Positions 59,431-64,000 of a stretch of 64,000 nt of DNA are shown here, in pieces. This DNA is from Alloascoidea hylecoeti (taxonomy: Eukaryota). Where the stretch lies: contig BCKZ01000010.1 in the NCBI GenBank assembly GCA_001600815.1, positions 389,527 to 453,526 on the forward strand. The letters are read 5' to 3'. Below the pieces are notes generated by a model. It had not been told where the DNA came from, did not search any database, and worked only from the letters and a program-made list of their open reading frames with translations. Numbering within the stretch: the stretch's first letter is position 1; every line of letters begins with the position of its first letter. The position numbers were made by a program, and so were the translations under genes.

Positions 59431-59655
59431 ATGGAAGCCCTCCGAATAAAACAGACCAAAGAAAACATTTATATCCCACAAATGCCAGCGGATAAAAAAG
59501 CTCCTGTTCCTGATACTCTTCCAACCCTTATTTTAGAAGACAAGGTTCCTGTTCATGACCTTGATGGTTTACACTATGGTCAGCTCCACTCAAACTTCTG
59601 GTGGGAAAACAATACTTCTAAATTCAACAGTAATTCTACACCAAGAAGATTCTAA
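59431..59655 (+). CDS. Putative 74-aa orphan microprotein
   Basis: TATATAAA at ~59324, A/C-rich leader ACACAAACACAAACACG before ATG, coding-like composition, CACGTG at ~59192. Confidence 0.55.
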   Translation: MEALRIKQTKENIYIPQMPADKKAPVPDTLPTLILEDKVPVHDLDGLHYGQLHSNFWWENNTSKFNSNSTPRRF

Positions 59656-59982
59656 TGATTAATGACTTTACGAAATACACACATCAACACTCGTTTATTG
59701 ATTTATTAAAATAAAAATATGAAGTTGGACATAGATTGGGGACTTAATTGGGGTTATAAGTTTGTTATTGTAGTTGGGGTTAATTGGTTATATTAGACAA
59801 GAATATTTATTTTTTCTCTCCCCCTTTTGTTTGTTGACGTTGATTTTAGCTTTCTATTATCAGTCGACACTATTAAAAGGGGTGTGCTAAGTTAATCCTT
59901 ATCATTGTAATATCCGTAGTGACCAATTCCAAAGTAGTCCATTCCTTATCAATTTCAAAATCAAAATCAAGATCAAGATCAT

Positions 59983-60020
59983 TTGGAATTGGAATTGGAA
60001 TTGGAATTGGAATTGGAATT
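59983..60020 (+). repeat. (GGAATT)n microsatellite
   Basis: About 6 units, preceded by TCAAAA/TCAAGA hexamers. Confidence 0.85.
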
Positions 60021-60490
60021 TGATAGGAGATTTATAGTTGTTATCTCTGAAACATCCATATAGAAATTAGTGTCCCTCGATGGATAATTTGAAATGGGAA
60101 AGATTCGAGTATTTAAAGGTTGGCTTGAAAGGTCCCAATCATAATAAACTTAAAGAGCCCTGCGCAATCTACATTTACGACGACAAATTAAAACAAAGAA
60201 TTGGTTTGATTTCTATTTAATATTTAATAGATAACAATGGACTATTTGTAAAGACGTAGAATATAAAGAAAGGATAAGAATCAAATAATTGAATATTAAT
60301 GGAGATCTAAAGAATTAATATTGAAAATTGAAGAGTTTTATTAGATAGAAGAATTCGAGATATCGATTATGTTTTTGTAACTCACCTGACACCCACAAAG
60401 GCCCTCCACCTCCGGTATCAACGGTTATCTAAGCTTATATATTCGTTTCTTTGTGCTCTTCTTCTTCAACTTCAATTAATCATTTCTCAA

Positions 60491-63475
60491 ATGTCTAAAC
60501 TCGACGATAAAAATCCTCAATTGGTCAATGGAACTTCCTATTTCTCCTTGACTACAAATAACAAGGGACTTTTCAGGAAAACCGCTGATTTTTATTCCCG
60601 ACTCGGCTTCATCTCATCATCATCGTCATCAACAGAAAAAATAGAAACAATTTTATTAACAATCAATTCAAATCCTTTTTCAACTTTTAATCTTAATTTT
60701 AATTCAAAATTAAAAGAAGAAGTAAAAATAAAAGATTCTTGTTCACCATCAATCAAATTGATTTTAAATAAAACAAATAATAATGATAATGATGATGATA
60801 CAAAAAAAATTGAAAAAAAAATAAATGAATTTAAAAAATTATTTAATTCTAAAAAAGATTGGAGAATATTTAATTCATCAATTGTTTTATATACACCAAA
60901 TATTGATACAATTTATCAAACATTAGAAAAATTATCATCATCATCAAATATACCTATTTTTGCAAAACCAACTGAATTAACACCAATTGAAATTTATACA
61001 ATTGATCCATTAGGTAATTTAATTGGTTTTACTTCACTAAGTAATCCTTTTAAAGAAACTCCTCCTCCTTATAATGTTTTTGAATCTTTCCGTCATAGAC
61101 CTTCAATTGCAAGTATTTCAAATGATATTTTTGATGGTATTAATAATAAAAAATTATCTAAAAATATTGCTATTATGACTTCTGGTGGTGATTCTCCTGG
61201 TATGAATTCTGTCGTTAGAGCTGTTGTTAGAACTTGTATTACAAAAGGTTGTAAACCTTATGCTATTTGTGAAGGTTATGAAGGCTTGGTACAAGGTGGT
61301 AAATTGATTAAAGAAATGAAATGGCAAGATGTTTCTGGTTGGTTAGCAGAAGGTGGTACAAATATTGGAACAGCAAGATGTCAATCTTTCAGAGAAAGAC
61401 CTGGAAGATTAAAAGCTGCTAAAAATATGATTAGACATGGTATTGATGCTTTGATTGTATGTGGTGGAGATGGTTCATTAACTGGTGCTGATATGTTACG
61501 TTCAGATTGGCCTGATTTAATTAAAGAATTACATGAAAATAATGATATTTCAGATGCAGAAGTTAAAAAATTTGGTCATTTAACTATTTGTGGATTAGTT
61601 GGTTCAATTGATAATGATATGGCTTTAACTGATTTTACAATTGGTGCTGTTTCTTCATTACATCGTATTTGTGAAGCAATTGATTATATCGATGCTACTG
61701 CAAATTCTCATTCTCGTGCTTTTGTTATTGAAGTAATGGGTCGTCATTGTGGTTGGTTAGCTTTAATGGCTGGTATTGCAACAAGTGCTGATTATATTTT
61801 CATTCCCGAACATGCTCCTAAACCAAGTGAATGGAGAGATGATTTATGTGATGATGTTTCAATTAATAGAAAACATGGGAAACGAAAATCAATTATTATT
61901 GTTGCTGAGGGTGCAATTGATGATGAATTAAATCCAATCACTTCAGATATGGTTAAAGATGTCCTTGTTGAAAGATTAGGTCTTGATACAAGAGTTACAA
62001 CATTAGGTCATGTTCAAAGAGGTGGAACAGCTGCAGCTTATGATAGAGTACTTGCTTCAATTCAAGCAGTTGAAGCAGTTCAATGTGTTTTAGAATCAAA
62101 TCCTTCAATACCATCTCAAATGATAAGTATTATAAATAATTCAGTTTCTCGTGTTCCATTAATGAATGCAGTTAAAGAAACAAAACAAGTGGCAACTGCA
62201 ATTGAAAATAAGGATTTTAAAAAAGCAATTTCTTTAAGAAGTCCTGATTTTATTGAACAATTAAAAAATTTTAAAATATTAAATACTGCTATAAATGAAA
62301 ATAAAAGATATAAACATTTACATGGTGATTGTTTAAAAATTGCAATTGTTAATATTGGTGCTCCAGCTGGTGGTATGAATGCTGCAAATAGAGCAGCTGC
62401 TGTTTATTGTTTATCAAGAGGTCATAAACCTTATGGAATATATAATGGATTTTCAGGTCTAACTCGTCATGAATCAATTAGAGAATTATCATGGTTGGAG
62501 ATGGAAGATTGGGCAAGTCTTGGTGGATCAGAAATTGGTACAAATAGAGATACTCCTTTAAAAACAGATATTGGTATGATTGCTTATTATTTTAAAAAAT
62601 ATCAAATTGATGGTTTAGTTATTGTTGGTGGATTTGAAGCATTTGCATCACTTGAACAATTAGAATCTCATAAAGATATTTATAATTCTTTTAATATACC
62701 AATGGTTGTTATACCATGTACTTTATCAAATAATGTACCAGGTACTGAGGCAAGTATTGGTAATGATACATGTTTAAATGCTTTAATTAATTCATGTGAT
62801 GTTATTAAATTAAGCGCAAGTGCAACAACAAGAAGAGTATTTGTTGTTGAAGTTCAAGGAGGTAATTGTGGATATGTTGCAACATATGGTGGATTAATTT
62901 GTGGTGCAATTTCAGTTTATACACCAGAACAAGGAATTGATTTAAAAAGATTAGAATCTGATATTAAAGTACTTAATGAAGCATTTGATTATTCAAATGA
63001 AAGATATTCATCGTCAGGAAAAATGATAATTGCGAGTGAAAAGACATCAAAAGTTTTCACAACAGATGTCATTGCAAATTTAATAAAAGAAGAATCAAAA
63101 GGTCGTTATGATTGTAGAACAGCAGTTTTAGGTCATGGGCAACAAGGTACAAATCCATCACCATTAGATAGAATTAATGCTTCAAGACTTACAATTCGTG
63201 GTATTACATTTATTGAAAATCATTATAATTGTAAAATAAGAAAGCAAAATAAAAAACCAGTTGTAATTGATCATAATAATGGTGGATTTTTAACTATTGA
63301 TCCTTTACATGTTGTTATTGGTGTTGAATCTGGTGCATTAACTTTAAGTTCTGTTAGACAATTATGGGATTTTGAAACTGATTCTGTAAAAAGATGTCCA
63401 AAACATGGACATTGGAATAGAATATCCCAAATTTCAAATATTTTGGCTGGTAGAGGTTTACAATTTAATAAGTGA
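60491..63475 (+). CDS. PFK2: 6-phosphofructokinase, beta-subunit-like
   Basis: 994 aa; yeast N-terminal extension VNGTSY; MTSGGDSPGMN, GGDGSLTGA, GSIDND, EVMGRHCGWLA, GLTRHESIR. Confidence 0.92.
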   Translation: MSKLDDKNPQLVNGTSYFSLTTNNKGLFRKTADFYSRLGFISSSSSSTEKIETILLTINSNPFSTFNLNFNSKLKEEVKIKDSCSPSIKLILNKTNNNDNDDDTKKIEKKINEFKKLFNSKKDWRIFNSSIVLYTPNIDTIYQTLEKLSSSSNIPIFAKPTELTPIEIYTIDPLGNLIGFTSLSNPFKETPPPYNVFESFRHRPSIASISNDIFDGINNKKLSKNIAIMTSGGDSPGMNSVVRAVVRTCITKGCKPYAICEGYEGLVQGGKLIKEMKWQDVSGWLAEGGTNIGTARCQSFRERPGRLKAAKNMIRHGIDALIVCGGDGSLTGADMLRSDWPDLIKELHENNDISDAEVKKFGHLTICGLVGSIDNDMALTDFTIGAVSSLHRICEAIDYIDATANSHSRAFVIEVMGRHCGWLALMAGIATSADYIFIPEHAPKPSEWRDDLCDDVSINRKHGKRKSIIIVAEGAIDDELNPITSDMVKDVLVERLGLDTRVTTLGHVQRGGTAAAYDRVLASIQAVEAVQCVLESNPSIPSQMISIINNSVSRVPLMNAVKETKQVATAIENKDFKKAISLRSPDFIEQLKNFKILNTAINENKRYKHLHGDCLKIAIVNIGAPAGGMNAANRAAAVYCLSRGHKPYGIYNGFSGLTRHESIRELSWLEMEDWASLGGSEIGTNRDTPLKTDIGMIAYYFKKYQIDGLVIVGGFEAFASLEQLESHKDIYNSFNIPMVVIPCTLSNNVPGTEASIGNDTCLNALINSCDVIKLSASATTRRVFVVEVQGGNCGYVATYGGLICGAISVYTPEQGIDLKRLESDIKVLNEAFDYSNERYSSSGKMIIASEKTSKVFTTDVIANLIKEESKGRYDCRTAVLGHGQQGTNPSPLDRINASRLTIRGITFIENHYNCKIRKQNKKPVVIDHNNGGFLTIDPLHVVIGVESGALTLSSVRQLWDFETDSVKRCPKHGHWNRISQISNILAGRGLQFNK

Positions 63476-63819
63476 ATACTATAAGTTTATAACAATTGCA
63501 AATATAAAATATCAGATTACATATATTAATTATATCTTTTAGTTGTATACTTTCATTCATTGTAAACATTATTGTCAAATAATGTATTGTATATCGGGTT
63601 ATATGATCAACAATAAGTGGAAACATGTAGTGTTTATTCTAAGGTATAATTGCGGGATTGGACAGCCGATGATTAATACATCATATGGTCAACGTTGAGT
63701 AGAAACATTGTGTTGTTTCTTTCACTTTCGTAACCATCTTTTCTTATATGATTAATGTGTTAATTGAGTGAAGATGAAGGGATTAAAACTATTTATATGG
63801 CATACGAAATGATTTAAAT

Positions 63820-63995
63820 GTTTCAGCAATGATATATTTATGAGTTTATGTTAAAACTAATGGATTAAAGACATGGCTTAAAGTGATTGATATCTATTAT
63901 GACCATTATTGAATTTAATGAAAATGCTTTAAAAACTAAATAAGTGATGGTCATTGGAACAGGAAATACACCATCAAACTATATTCTCGAATAAT
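63820..63995 (+). pseudogene. Possible decayed AIM6/PLC-like phosphodiesterase fragment
   Basis: YL*VYVKTNGLKTWLKV and VMVIGTGNTP resemble Aim6-family motifs; broken by stops and a frameshift, at the window edge. Confidence 0.3.
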
Positions 63996-64000
63996 CCACA

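Overview
AT-rich fungal nuclear DNA, most likely from an early-diverging, intron-containing budding yeast (Saccharomycotina). It uses the standard code: CTG sits at conserved Leu positions. Housekeeping genes: GT15 mannosyltransferase, SOA1/DAL5-type MFS transporter, MDM12, PGA2, RCO1, ARX1/PA2G4-like, ARG7, SNF5, TRR1, a divergent CDC12/SPR3-type septin, NSP1, LSB6, a Com2/Seb1-type C2H2 factor, a lone LRA1, an F-box protein, a TMEM135-like gene and PFK2. Main oddities: (1) two near-identical GPM1 genes form a ~1.19 kb inverted repeat around a 5.6 kb accessory cassette holding a secreted aspartic protease, a pseudogene, a palindromic 19-bp array and a non-LTR retrotransposon relic that runs into one arm; (2) a SPO22/ZIP4 meiotic gene reconstructed with 18 introns; (3) a tandem duplication of an intron-containing tRNA-Ile(UAU) plus the PGA2 start; (4) a decayed transposon/pseudogene zone at about 46-51.6 kb; (5) two candidate small ORFs. 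All calls were made by eye, with no database searches.
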